Positions 9,065 to 18,527 are shown, numbered from the stretch's first letter. The stretch: DNA of 32,922 nt from an uncultured archaeon (GCA_964551725.1 CAZKED010000013.1:1-32922), one strand, 5' to 3'. The notes: a model not told the origin generated them from the sequence alone. Numbers and translations: made by a program.

Positions 9065-9940
9065 TCAGTAAACCCTGAAGTCTATTACAACCTGTACAAT
9101 GCCCGGGGAAAAGGAGCGCACTTTTTTTTTGCGGAGCACCCGCGCTTTGCGGTTGAACTTTTTCGCGGCTTCCTTTACCTTTGCGAGCGCTTCCTTGAAG
9201 GGCGCTTCCCTCGGCGAAAACTGGTAGAAGTGCACGGTGCAGCGGGGTGCCGCTGCGGTAAAAGCGGAATCCAAAAAATGCTCAGCTCCCTTTGGCAGGG
9301 GCATTACAATCCTGTCACACTTGCCTTTGAGTCTGGGTGCGACTTTGCGAACGTCTCCGAGGATTGGTTCAATGCTCTCGGAGCACTTGTTCAGTTCAAT
9401 GTTTTCTTTGAGGAATTTGTAGGCGGAGGGATTGAGTTCGACGGCATATGCCTTTTTCATGGGTGAATGCTTGGCGAACACTAGGGGGAATGGCCCGACG
9501 CCTGCGAAAAAGGCTCCTACGATTTCGTCCCTGCGGATGAGCGCGGAAATTCTTTCCCTTTCATGCGACAAGCGCGGGGAGAAAAACATTTTTCCCACTT
9601 GAACCTTGAAGCGGCAGCCGTGCTCCCTGTGTTCGGTGAGGGCGGAATGCTCGCCAGCGACTATTTCAACAGGCCTTACCCTGTACTTCCCTGAATGCTT
9701 TCCCTTAATGCGCGCCACGGTCTTAACGTGGGTGTTCGCCTGCATCAAAGCGCGGGCAATAAGATTCTTCTTTTTGAGCAGCGAACCTGGAATTTCAATT
9801 ACTGCAATCGTGCCTATTACATCGAAGGAAGTTACAAGCGAGGAGAGCTCCTTTGCGGAGAGCTTTCCCGCAAGCGCCTCCTTCAGGGAGCGCGGTTTCT
9901 TCTTTTTCTTTTTTTTCCTTCTTTTGCTCTCCGGGGGCAT
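9065..9940 (-). CDS. trm5: Trm5/Met-10 family tRNA methyltransferase
   Basis: FDVIGTIA, EHGCRFKV, FFSPRLSHER, FAGVGPF, ELNP, DRIVMPLPK. Confidence 0.85.
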   Translation of the reverse strand: MPPESKRRKKKKKKKPRSLKEALAGKLSAKELSSLVTSFDVIGTIAVIEIPGSLLKKKNLIARALMQANTHVKTVARIKGKHSGKYRVRPVEIVAGEHSALTEHREHGCRFKVQVGKMFFSPRLSHERERISALIRRDEIVGAFFAGVGPFPLVFAKHSPMKKAYAVELNPSAYKFLKENIELNKCSESIEPILGDVRKVAPRLKGKCDRIVMPLPKGAEHFLDSAFTAAAPRCTVHFYQFSPREAPFKEALAKVKEAAKKFNRKARVLRKKKVRSFSPGIVQVVIDFRVY

Positions 9941-9980
9941 AAGAAGATATTAAAAGAATTAATAGTTTTAATCCTATGTC

Positions 9981-10859
9981 ATGGATTTGGGTGAAGTGTT
10001 CTGGGAATTCGCGGGGGAGTATTTCATTAACCCCATCGAGAACCCCTTTTACCAGGGATACAATGCCGTGAACACGCTGGTTTACGGCGCCATACTGCTC
10101 GCAATAGCGTTTTTTGTTGTGTTCCCGGTGCTCGACAGGAAGGGAATAAAGTTTGACTTTTCCTTCGCGCTCAGCCTGCTGCCCTTCATCCTGTTCGGGA
10201 CAGCGCTCAGGGCGCTGACCGCAGCGGGCACAGCGGGAAAGGCAGTGCTGCCTTTTCTCGTAAAGACTGCGAATCCCCTTGAAGCGGGATTCTGGACTTT
10301 TACGCCCGGGGTTTGGTTCCTCACTTTCGGTGTCACAATCGTTGCGCTTTTTTTATCGCGCGCTGCGGCGAAAAGGCTGAAAACCGGGTATCATAAAATT
10401 TTCGCCGGAGTCGGGCTGGCTGCTGCAATGCCTGCACTGCTCCTGAATTTCGCCAGTTTTTCCAACTGGCTCGGGTTCTTTTCGACAATCGCGCTTGTTG
10501 GGGTTGTTTCCGGCGCGGTTGTTTTTTTGTTCAGCGCGGTGCTCAAAAGGAAACTGTTAAGGGACAGAATGAACGCGATGGCAATGGCGGGGCAGGCAAT
10601 AGACGGCATTGCAACATTCGTGGCAATGGGTTTTTACGGATTCAGCGAAATGCACCCCTTGTCGGATGCAATTATTTCGGTGAGCCCGGCACTTTTCGTG
10701 CTGGCAAAAATTGGCGTGGTTCTGGCAATCCTGTATTACGTTGAGAAAACAATCAAGGGGAAAAACCTCAGGGGATTCATCAAACTGTTCCTCATAATAC
10801 TGGGCTTTTCCACGGGAACGGCGAGCATTTTCAAGCTGGGGCTTTTGACCACGATATGA
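9981..10859 (+). CDS. DUF63 family integral membrane protein
   Basis: GYNAVNTLVYG, PFILFG..LR, TPG, Q.IDG.ATF, EMHPL, ILGF. Confidence 0.85.
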   Translation: MDLGEVFWEFAGEYFINPIENPFYQGYNAVNTLVYGAILLAIAFFVVFPVLDRKGIKFDFSFALSLLPFILFGTALRALTAAGTAGKAVLPFLVKTANPLEAGFWTFTPGVWFLTFGVTIVALFLSRAAAKRLKTGYHKIFAGVGLAAAMPALLLNFASFSNWLGFFSTIALVGVVSGAVVFLFSAVLKRKLLRDRMNAMAMAGQAIDGIATFVAMGFYGFSEMHPLSDAIISVSPALFVLAKIGVVLAILYYVEKTIKGKNLRGFIKLFLIILGFSTGTASIFKLGLLTTI

Positions 10860-10869
10860 GGCGGAAAAA

Positions 10870-11616
10870 ATGTTTTATCTTATAGGAACAGGGCTGAAAC
10901 CCATGCATTTGTCCGTGGAGGCACTGGAAGCAGTAAAAAAATGCAGTGAAGTGTTCATTGATTCCTACACCAGCGCTTTCAGCGAAGGCACCGTGCAGGC
11001 GCTTGAGGCGCTTGCGGGGAAAAAAATCACTCCTCTTTCCCGCGGGGAGGTGGAGGAAAACTTCAGGGGCAGGATTGAGGCGGCGCGGGAGAAAAACATC
11101 GCATTGCTTGTGATAGGCAATCCCCTGTTCGCGACAACGCACGCCCAGATTTTGCTCGAGGCGAAAAAAGCGGGCATCGAAGCAAGGGCGATAGCGGGAA
11201 TTTCCGCCTTCGATTTGGTGGGAAAAAGCGGGCTAAGCATGTACAGGTTTGGGGGAACCGCAAGCATAGTGTTCCCGCAGGAAAACTATGCACCGGAATC
11301 CTTCTACGATCTCATCGCGGAGAACAAAAAGGCGGGAATGCACACTCTGTGCCTGCTTGACATTCAGAGCGGGAGAAAAATGTCCGCGCGGGAAGCCGTG
11401 AGAATACTGCTTGAAATAGAGGAAAAGCGTTCTGAAAACATTGTGAGGAATTCCGTGCTCGTGGCAATGGGGAAACTCGGAAGCGCGGAAGAGCGCATAA
11501 TTGCGGGAAGCGCGGAACGCATTGCCGGGGAGGAAGTCGGACTGCCCGCGCTGCTGGTGGTGTGCGCGGAACTCGGCGAAAAGGAAAAGGAATTCCTGCA
11601 CGAATTTGCGGGGTGA
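10870..11616 (+). CDS. dph5: Diphthine synthase
   Basis: MFYLIGTGL, DSYTS, GNPLFATTH, GLSMYRFG, HTLCLLDI. Confidence 0.93.
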   Translation: MFYLIGTGLKPMHLSVEALEAVKKCSEVFIDSYTSAFSEGTVQALEALAGKKITPLSRGEVEENFRGRIEAAREKNIALLVIGNPLFATTHAQILLEAKKAGIEARAIAGISAFDLVGKSGLSMYRFGGTASIVFPQENYAPESFYDLIAENKKAGMHTLCLLDIQSGRKMSAREAVRILLEIEEKRSENIVRNSVLVAMGKLGSAEERIIAGSAERIAGEEVGLPALLVVCAELGEKEKEFLHEFAG

Positions 11617-11621
11617 ATGAA

Positions 11622-11909
11622 ATGGCGGGGTGCAGCGTTAAAGAGAAGGCAGAGAAGTACATGCAGGTCACAGGCAGGGCGCTCAGGGAAGTGGAAATAA
11701 CCGCGGAAAAGGGCTCCCGGGAATTCGCCCTCGCGGAAAAGTTCCTCGCAATGGCGCGGGACTATTTCGGGGACGGGAAATACTATTTGGAAAAGGGGGA
11801 CAGCGCAACGGCGCTTGCCGCTTTTGCCTACGCGCATGCGTGGATTGACGCGGGAATAAAGGCGGGAGCGCTTGACGGAAAGGATGAAAGCATTTTTATG
11901 CCGCGCTGA
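11622..11909 (+). CDS. DUF357 family protein
   Basis: MARDYFGDGKYYLEKGD...ALAAFAYAHAWIDAG. Start moved to the ATG just after dph5. Confidence 0.88.
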   Translation: MAGCSVKEKAEKYMQVTGRALREVEITAEKGSREFALAEKFLAMARDYFGDGKYYLEKGDSATALAAFAYAHAWIDAGIKAGALDGKDESIFMPR

Positions 11910-11964
11910 ACGCGGAGCAGGAAAACATTTAAATTGGCTCTGCTCTAATTATAGGGGCGATGTA

Positions 11965-12432
11965 ATGGGCGTGTACGACAAAAAGCTCGATGTTAAATTC
12001 CCGGTTGACCCCAAAAAGGTGCTGGGTGCGGTTATAATAATCGTCGCCCTTGTCGTCATTTCCTGGATTGTCCTTTTTACAGTCGACCTTTTCAAGCCCA
12101 TGGCTTTGAGCGCAGTCCTCTCAAAGAATCCGCTGTCCGAGGGGGATGAAAGCACTGTGCTGGATTTGGTGCTCTTGAATGTAACTGGGGAAATCGCGAA
12201 AAACGTGGAAGTGACAGTGCAGGCGGAGGATTACACTTCCATACTCGTGGACGCGGATGAATTTTCAACAAAAAAAGTGGACGTTCTGGAAGCCGGGGCA
12301 TTCAAAAAACTGCAGTTCGACGTGAGAAAAAACCCGGTGAAAAAAGTCCTGCCCGGAAGCTATAAAATAAACATTCGCACCGAAATAAACGGGCAGGAAT
12401 TCACGAGAAGCGTTTTCCTCGTGCTGCAGTAG
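11965..12432 (+). CDS. Membrane-anchored protein with Ig/CARDB-like beta domain
   Basis: Single N-terminal TM, beta-rich C-terminus (AKNVEVTV, PGSYKINI). TATA at about 11927. Confidence 0.65.
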   Translation: MGVYDKKLDVKFPVDPKKVLGAVIIIVALVVISWIVLFTVDLFKPMALSAVLSKNPLSEGDESTVLDLVLLNVTGEIAKNVEVTVQAEDYTSILVDADEFSTKKVDVLEAGAFKKLQFDVRKNPVKKVLPGSYKINIRTEINGQEFTRSVFLVLQ

Positions 12433-12441
12433 CCGTGCACT

Positions 12442-12717
12442 TCAATCATACCTTATTTCAAAAGACTTGAAGTTTTCTCTCCTGTTTTCCCATTCAACCT
12501 CAATGTAGTCCACATTGGCGCCCGCCGGCCCTTTCCTCGCGAGGCCCATGAGCTTTTTCAGTTTGCCGGTTTCGCCCTCCGCAACAATCTCAACGCTTCC
12601 GTCGGGCAGGTTGCGAACCCAGCCCTTAAGCCCGAGTTCTTTTGCCCACCTTTGCGTGTTTGCCCTGAAAAAAACGCCCTGCACCCTGCCGAAAACGAAA
12701 AGATGAATGCGGTTCAT
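12442..12717 (-). CDS. acyP: Acylphosphatase
   Basis: GRVQGVFFR, GWVRNLPDGSVE, GPAGA. Confidence 0.95.
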   Translation of the reverse strand: MNRIHLFVFGRVQGVFFRANTQRWAKELGLKGWVRNLPDGSVEIVAEGETGKLKKLMGLARKGPAGANVDYIEVEWENRRENFKSFEIRYD

Positions 12718-12871
12718 TGAAAACACCAAAAAGCCAGTAAAGCAAATTAATGGAAAACGCAAACATTTAAATTAACTACACGGAATTCGCGGCAGGATTC
12801 ACGGAAAAACGTCCGGATTGCTTTTTTCGGCATTCAACTTATTTCCGCCAAAAAAAGGGAGAATTCCTAAC

Positions 12872-12886
12872 AAACATTTAAAATCT
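12872..12886 (+). promoter_or_regulatory. Archaeal BRE/TATA for the leaderless por operon
   Basis: aaacatttaaaa about 25 nt upstream of ATG 12909, no RBS. Confidence 0.6.
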
Positions 12887-12908
12887 TATTCCCAATTCTT
12901 TTCATATC

Positions 12909-13463
12909 ATGCCTTTGAAGGAAATCAGGATACACGGGAGAGGCGGACAGGGCGCCGTGACAAGCTCGCAGGTGCTCGCAGTAGCGGCGTTCAGGGACGG
13001 AAAATACTGCCAGTCGTTCCCGAACTTCGGAGTGGAGCGCAGGGGCGCGCCAGTAGAGGCATTTGCAAGAATTTCCGACAAGCCCATAAACGTGAGGCAG
13101 CACGTGTACGAGCCGGATTACGTTATCGTGCTCGATTCCACTCTTACTGAAACCGTGGGCGTTGCCGCAGGGGCAAAAGAGGGCGGAACAATCATAATAA
13201 ATTCCGACAGGAAGGCGGAGGAATTCAAACTGAAAACAAAGGCAAAAATCAAAACAATCGACGTGACGAAAACGGCAATGGAAATAATAGGAAAGCCCTT
13301 CGTTAACGTTGCCGTGCTGGGCGCATTCGCGGCAATCACCGGGGAGGTTTCGCTTGAAGCAATAAGCGCCGCCATAGACCAAGAGTTCGCGAGCAAAGCC
13401 AAAATCGGGGAACTCAACAAAAAGGCAGCGGAAAAACTCTACGCAAAGGCAAAGGGTGAATGA
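12909..13463 (+). CDS. porC: Pyruvate/2-oxoacid:ferredoxin oxidoreductase gamma subunit (porC, also called porG)
   Basis: HGRGGQGAVT, FGVERRGAPV, PDYVIVLD. Confidence 0.95.
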   Translation: MPLKEIRIHGRGGQGAVTSSQVLAVAAFRDGKYCQSFPNFGVERRGAPVEAFARISDKPINVRQHVYEPDYVIVLDSTLTETVGVAAGAKEGGTIIINSDRKAEEFKLKTKAKIKTIDVTKTAMEIIGKPFVNVAVLGAFAAITGEVSLEAISAAIDQEFASKAKIGELNKKAAEKLYAKAKGE

Positions 13464-13740
13464 ATTGGCGAAAAAACTTGAATTCAACTTGGGCGCTGTA
13501 ATACACGAGCCCGGTTCGACAAAAAAGAACAAGACCGGGGGCTGGCGTTCCATGCGCCCCGTGCTCGACAAAGAGAAATGCATCAAGTGCGGGCAGTGCT
13601 GGGCATACTGCCCTGACATGGCGGTCAAGAAAAACAGGAAAGGGGAATTCGAAATCGATTACGATTACTGCAAGGGCTGCGGCATATGCGCCAACGAATG
13701 CCCTGTAAAGGCAATAAAAATGGAGTTAGAGAAAAAATGA
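13456..13740 (+). CDS. porD: 2-oxoacid:ferredoxin oxidoreductase delta subunit (2x4Fe-4S)
   Basis: KTGGWR, CIKCGQCWAYCP, YCKGCGICANECP. Confidence 0.95.
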   Translation: MNELAKKLEFNLGAVIHEPGSTKKNKTGGWRSMRPVLDKEKCIKCGQCWAYCPDMAVKKNRKGEFEIDYDYCKGCGICANECPVKAIKMELEKK

Positions 13741-14879
13741 CCGAAATGGTTGTCGAGGCAAGCATGGCGCTTGCCCTGGGCGCAAAGCTTTGCAGGCCAA
13801 AAGTCTGCCCAATGTATCCTATAACGCCATCGACCCACATACCTGAAAAAATATCGGAGTTCATTTTCAATGGAGAAATGGATACAGAAATGATTCACGT
13901 TGAATCGGAGCATTCTGCAATGGCAGCCATGATTGGCGCGGCCGCAACCGGGGTGCGCACTTACACTGCAACCGCCTCGCAGGGGCTTGCATTGATGTTC
14001 GAACTGCTGCCTGTGATGTCAGGCAACCGCCTGCCGGGGGTAATGTCCGTGGCGAACCGCACCCTTAGCGCGCCGATTTCCATCTGGAACGACCACTCGG
14101 ACTCAATTTCCGCAAGAGACCAGGGCTGGATACAATTGTACGCGGAATCAACGCAGGAAGCAATCGACACCACGATTCAATTGTACAAAATATGCGAAAA
14201 TCATGCTGTACTGCTGCCGGGAATGATTTGCATTGACGGTTTCACGCTGAGCCATGTATGCGAGCGCGCCGTTGTTCCGGAGCAGGGAGAGGTGGACAAA
14301 TTTTTGCCGGAATACGAGCCCAAAGTGAAACTTGACACAAAAAAGCCGGTTTCAATAGGGCCCATCGCTTTTCCAAATTCGTTCATGGAATTCAAGAAAC
14401 AGCAGCAGGACGCAATGGAGAAAGCACTGCCTTTAATCGGAAAGGTGCACGACGAATACGCAAAAAAATTCGGCAGGAAATACGGAAACGGGCTGCTGGA
14501 GAAATACAGGATGGAGGGCGCGGAGTATGCGCTTACTGCAATGGGCACTGCTGCTGGAACTGCAAAGGTTGCGGTTGACGAAATGCGCAGGGAAGGAACA
14601 AAGGTCGGATTGATTAAAATAAGGGCTTACAGGCCCTTTCCAAGCATGGAAATCAGAAGGGCGGCAAAAAACCTGAAGGGATTGTGCGTAATCGACAGGC
14701 ACATTTCTCTGGGCTATGAAGGACCCGTTTTCACGGATATAAGGTCAGCGCTGTACGAAAGCGGAATAAAAACAAGCCATTTTATTGCCGGTTTGGGCGG
14801 GAGAGACATTACTGCAGAAAAGCTGAAAAAAGCGGTCAATGAAACAATTGAAGGAAAGGACGGAGGCTGGCTCTTATGA
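13737..14879 (+). CDS. porA: 2-oxoacid:ferredoxin oxidoreductase alpha subunit
   Basis: YPITP, VESEHSAM, TATASQGL, IWNDHSD, DGFTLSH. ATGA overlap with porD. Confidence 0.95.
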   Translation: MTEMVVEASMALALGAKLCRPKVCPMYPITPSTHIPEKISEFIFNGEMDTEMIHVESEHSAMAAMIGAAATGVRTYTATASQGLALMFELLPVMSGNRLPGVMSVANRTLSAPISIWNDHSDSISARDQGWIQLYAESTQEAIDTTIQLYKICENHAVLLPGMICIDGFTLSHVCERAVVPEQGEVDKFLPEYEPKVKLDTKKPVSIGPIAFPNSFMEFKKQQQDAMEKALPLIGKVHDEYAKKFGRKYGNGLLEKYRMEGAEYALTAMGTAAGTAKVAVDEMRREGTKVGLIKIRAYRPFPSMEIRRAAKNLKGLCVIDRHISLGYEGPVFTDIRSALYESGIKTSHFIAGLGGRDITAEKLKKAVNETIEGKDGGWLL

Positions 14880-15772
14880 TTCGCGGCTTGCCTGAAGAAG
14901 AGCTTTTCGCTTCAGGGCACCGTGCCTGTGCTGGATGCGGCGCGGCAATTGCAATAAGGCATTTGCTCAAGGCAGCTGGAAAGAACACCATCGTGGTGCA
15001 GGCAACCGGCTGCATGGAAGTAGTGAGCTCACCCTATCCTGAAACAGCGTGGGAGATTCCCTGGATTCATGCTGCTTTCGAGACCGCGGCTTCAACCGCA
15101 AGCGGAGTCTGGCGCGCACTGAAAATGCTGGGAAAAGAGGACGTTAACGTAATTGCCTTGGGCGGCGACGGCGCTACTTACGACATCGGCTTCGGCGCCA
15201 TAAGCGGGGCATTCGAGCGCGGGGAAAACATTCTGTACGTGTGCAATGAAAACGGAGCCTACATGAACACCGGCATCCAGAGGTCGAGCGCAACGCCTTA
15301 CGGGGCTTCAGCTACAACCACGCCGGCAGGGAAAAAAATTCCCGGAAAGCGGGAATTCAAGAAGCCTGTTCCGTTCATTCTCGCCGCGCACAATTCGCCC
15401 TATGTTGCCACCGCCACCATAAGCGATGTGAACGACCTTTACAACAAGGCAAAAAAGGGCCTGGAGACAAAGGGACCGTGCTATCTGGAAATCTTCTCGC
15501 CCTGCCCCACCGGCTGGCATTCTCCCACAGAGAAAAGCGTTGAAATTGCAAAGCTCGGGGTTGAAACAAGGGTGTATCCCCTTTTTGAAATAGTGAACGG
15601 AAAAGTGAAAATCACCAAGGACGTGCAACAACCGAAGCCGGTTGAGGAATACCTGAAAACACAGGGCAGGTTCAAGCATCTCTCCGCAGAGGAAACCAAA
15701 ATAATCCAGCAGCGCGTGGACGAAATCTGGGAAAAACTCAAGAAAATGGAAGAAGCGGGATGCAGGTACTGA
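14876..15772 (+). CDS. porB: 2-oxoacid:ferredoxin oxidoreductase beta subunit
   Basis: GHRACAGCG, ATGCMEV, GGDG..YDIG, YMNTGIQRS, PCPTGW. Confidence 0.95.
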   Translation: MIRGLPEEELFASGHRACAGCGAAIAIRHLLKAAGKNTIVVQATGCMEVVSSPYPETAWEIPWIHAAFETAASTASGVWRALKMLGKEDVNVIALGGDGATYDIGFGAISGAFERGENILYVCNENGAYMNTGIQRSSATPYGASATTTPAGKKIPGKREFKKPVPFILAAHNSPYVATATISDVNDLYNKAKKGLETKGPCYLEIFSPCPTGWHSPTEKSVEIAKLGVETRVYPLFEIVNGKVKITKDVQQPKPVEEYLKTQGRFKHLSAEETKIIQQRVDEIWEKLKKMEEAGCRY

Positions 15773-15831
15773 ATTCCGCCGGAAGCCGGGGTAAAACAAA
15801 AACCTTTTTTTAACATTGCCCCACAAATAGT

Positions 15832-15916
15832 GCGGGCAGGGCGAAACGAATTCTTGCAAAAGAATTCAACCAACTCTCTTAGCAGCACCGCTCTTAGAGC
15901 GGTGTGCCCTGCCCGC
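15832..15916 (+). ncRNA. Candidate structured small RNA, copy 1 (three-way junction)
   Basis: 11-bp closing stem 15832-42/15906-16. Hairpins GAAUUCUU-GCAA-AAGAAUUC and CACCGCUC-UUA-GAGCGGUG. TATA about 15806-14. Core shared with 26990-27057. Confidence 0.6.
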
Positions 15917-16051
15917 TTTACTGATTTTCCGCCCGGTTTTTGCCCTGCAACAGGGGGCAAAATATTTTAAAGGGGAAGAATCCAATATTAGTGCGTATTG
16001 CAACACAGGAACAGCCCCGTTTCGAGTGAAGAAAAAAATGGAGGAATTTCC

Positions 16052-16342
16052 ATGAGCAAATTAGGGAAGGAGAAACGTATCGGCGAAGGCGAGGATGAGT
16101 CCGACGATTACTACGACAGGGAAGACGACGAGAAAATGCTCGAGGACGATGAATTGACCCCAGCGGAAGCGGGATTCATGGAAGGGTACGAGAACCAGGA
16201 ACTCGTGAAATGCTGTAACTGCAAAAAGCTCTGCGATTTGGAGAATGCCTTTGAAAAGGAAATCAAGGGAAAAACCTACTTGTTCTGCTCGGAGGAATGC
16301 GCGGAAGAATTCGAAGAAGACAGGAAAGAAGGGAAAGAATGA
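16052..16342 (+). CDS. Small acidic protein with TRASH/YHS-like Cys motif
   Basis: GGAGG RBS. 33 of 96 residues are D/E. CCNC...YLFCSEEC. Confidence 0.8.
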   Translation: MSKLGKEKRIGEGEDESDDYYDREDDEKMLEDDELTPAEAGFMEGYENQELVKCCNCKKLCDLENAFEKEIKGKTYLFCSEECAEEFEEDRKEGKE

Positions 16343-16875
16343 CCCTGCGGGAACTGGAGGAATCCGTAAGAAAATGCAGACGCTGTCCTCTCTGGAAGTC
16401 GCGCAGGAACGCCGTTCCGGGCGAGGGCGCGGAAAACGCGGCAGTAATGCTCGTGGGGGAAGCGCCGGGCAGGGAAGAGGACGCCCGGGGCAGACCGTTT
16501 GTCGGCAGGGCGGGAAAGCTGCTGGACGAACTGCTGCACAGCGCAGGAATAAAACGCTCTGACTTATACATAACATCCGTTTTGAAGTGCCGCCCGCCAG
16601 GAAACAGAAACCCTCTCCGGGAAGAAACGAAAGAATGCCTGCGCTGGCTTCACGCGCAGATTGAACTCGTGCGCCCGAGGGTAGTGGGGCTTATGGGAAA
16701 CACCGCAATCAAGAGCCTGGTCGGGAAAACAGGAATCTCGGGATTCCACGGGAGAACAGTGGAGAATGAAGGGAGGAAATTTCTTCTCCTCCACCACCCC
16801 GCTGCCGGCATCTACAACGCCAATCTGATTCCGCAGATGAAAGAAGACTACAAAAAACTGGCGGAATTCCTCTGA
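16339..16875 (+). CDS. udg: Uracil-DNA glycosylase family 4 (Fe-S)
   Basis: CRRCPL, GEAPG, GRPFVGRAG, KCRPPGNRNP, HPAA. Confidence 0.95.
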   Translation: MTLRELEESVRKCRRCPLWKSRRNAVPGEGAENAAVMLVGEAPGREEDARGRPFVGRAGKLLDELLHSAGIKRSDLYITSVLKCRPPGNRNPLREETKECLRWLHAQIELVRPRVVGLMGNTAIKSLVGKTGISGFHGRTVENEGRKFLLLHHPAAGIYNANLIPQMKEDYKKLAEFL

Positions 16876-16876
16876 C

Positions 16877-17440
16877 CTAATTCTCGCTCTCAATCCTGCT
16901 AATGCACGGTCCTTTCTGGCACTTGTACTTGCTTGATTTCCTTGCATGGTAGGGCTTTTCGCTTGGCGAAGTGAGGGTTTCGAATGTGAGCCTGCACACT
17001 TTTGTGCCGGGCCAGAGTTTCACCGGCACTTTTGAAATATTCGCGATTTCAAGTGTGAGAGTTCCCTCAAAGCCAGGGTCAACCGAGCCGGCAGTGGAAT
17101 GAATCACTATGCCCAGCCTGCCGAGTGAGGAGCGACCGTCAAGGCGCGCCATTAAATTGTCCGGCAGTTTTATTCTTTCCCTTGTGCAGGCAAGCACGAA
17201 TTCGCCCGGATGGATTGTGAAAGAGCCGCCTTCCGGCACGGAAATGAGTTCTGTGAGTTCCTCTTTAACGCCCTTTTTTATGTCAATGTGCGTTACCTCC
17301 GTGTGCCTGAACACCCGGAATTCGCTTCCCAGGGAAAGGTCCACTGATGCAACAGCTATATTTTCTGGATCAATCCCGGTTATTTCGAGACCGCCGGAAG
17401 AAAGGGCTTTTTTTATGTCCCTATCGCTAAGCACAGCCAT
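16877..17440 (-). CDS. dcd: dCTP deaminase
   Basis: LSDRDI, ASVDL, GRSSLGRLG, HSTAG.VDPGFEG.LTLE. Confidence 0.95.
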   Translation of the reverse strand: MAVLSDRDIKKALSSGGLEITGIDPENIAVASVDLSLGSEFRVFRHTEVTHIDIKKGVKEELTELISVPEGGSFTIHPGEFVLACTRERIKLPDNLMARLDGRSSLGRLGIVIHSTAGSVDPGFEGTLTLEIANISKVPVKLWPGTKVCRLTFETLTSPSEKPYHARKSSKYKCQKGPCISRIESEN

Positions 17441-18527
17441 TGCTTTCACTTCCCCCCGATTCAATCTGCTCTTTCAAAATTTTTTTAACGTTTTCCTTGA
17501 ATTTTTCAAGCGCGGAACGGGGAACGCTTCCCGCCGCAGCCGGAATGTGCCCGCCGCCGCTCGCTCCGGGAATTCCATCCACTGCCCGCTCCAGCAACTC
17601 GTTCATTTTTACCCTGAAGTCCTGCCTCCGCGCGGAGAAGCGGATTGCGCCCTTGCCGGAGTCGAGGAAAACAATTATTGTTTTGCCGGGATGCTTGAGG
17701 GTGAGGCGGTCTATTACCGCTGATTTTATTTCGAGGTCGCTGTACAGCGTGAAAAAGTAGAGCCCGAGTTCTGAAAAAAACTCTGCCTTTTTTTGGAACT
17801 CCGCTTCGTATTTTTCCACAAGAGTGTTAAGTTCCGAAACATAGCCCCGGAACCCGCTTTCGAGCATTTTTTCCGCGCTCTTTGAATAGAATTCCCTGAA
17901 AAGCGCGGAAAACTGCTCGGGAACGAGCACTTCCACAGCCGAAATTATTTCCCTCAGCCGGTGCAGTTCTTCTAGGGAAATTTTCGTTCGGGAAATTGTC
18001 TCGGAAAAAAATTCCTTCCAGGAGTCATAGCTCATATCGCCAAGCAATCCAACGCATGCAATCCACGCCTCGCCGCTTAAATCGGCGAACCCCGAACAAA
18101 GGTCGAAGCAGAGTTTTGAAGCGGGATAATTGCTTCCGTCAAGGTCGCTCAACATCTGGGATTTTATGAAAACCGTGCGGGAAGAATTCAAATCGTTGTA
18201 TATTTTGTGGTGGTCGAGTATGAGGATCGGTGCTGTTGATTCCAGTCCGCGTATGAATTCGGGGAACTGGTCAATGGAGAGGTCCAGGAAAACGATTTTC
18301 CCGGGCTTGAATTCCAGCAGTTTTTCTTTCATGAGCGCTTTTTCGTGGTAGTCCGCGGAAAACACCATTTCAGGGGGCTTTCCGCGCATTTTTTCCAGCG
18401 CTTTCGCGAAGACAAGCGCGGAGCACAATCCGTCGGCATCGCGGTGGTGCACTACCGCAACGCGTTCCTTCGCGGAAATTCCTTTCATGAATTCCCTGAA
18501 TTTTTTTTCCAGCCCTGCTTTTTCCAT
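17427..18527 (-). CDS. DHH/DHHA1 phosphoesterase (RecJ/NrnA-like)
   Basis: HHRDADG, FLDL, LDHH, GLLGD, SAR, GGGH..AAAG. Confidence 0.9.
   Translation of the reverse strand: MEKAGLEKKFREFMKGISAKERVAVVHHRDADGLCSALVFAKALEKMRGKPPEMVFSADYHEKALMKEKLLEFKPGKIVFLDLSIDQFPEFIRGLESTAPILILDHHKIYNDLNSSRTVFIKSQMLSDLDGSNYPASKLCFDLCSGFADLSGEAWIACVGLLGDMSYDSWKEFFSETISRTKISLEELHRLREIISAVEVLVPEQFSALFREFYSKSAEKMLESGFRGYVSELNTLVEKYEAEFQKKAEFFSELGLYFFTLYSDLEIKSAVIDRLTLKHPGKTIIVFLDSGKGAIRFSARRQDFRVKMNELLERAVDGIPGASGGGHIPAAAGSVPRSALEKFKENVKKILKEQIESGGSESNGCA

Noticed and set aside
15832-15916. Hammerhead ribozyme, c-di-GMP-I riboswitch or tRNA identity for the structured RNA
   Set aside because: GCGAAAC is present but there is no CUGANGA core. 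The GACGCAAAG/P3 elements are missing, and there is no cloverleaf or proper T-arm.
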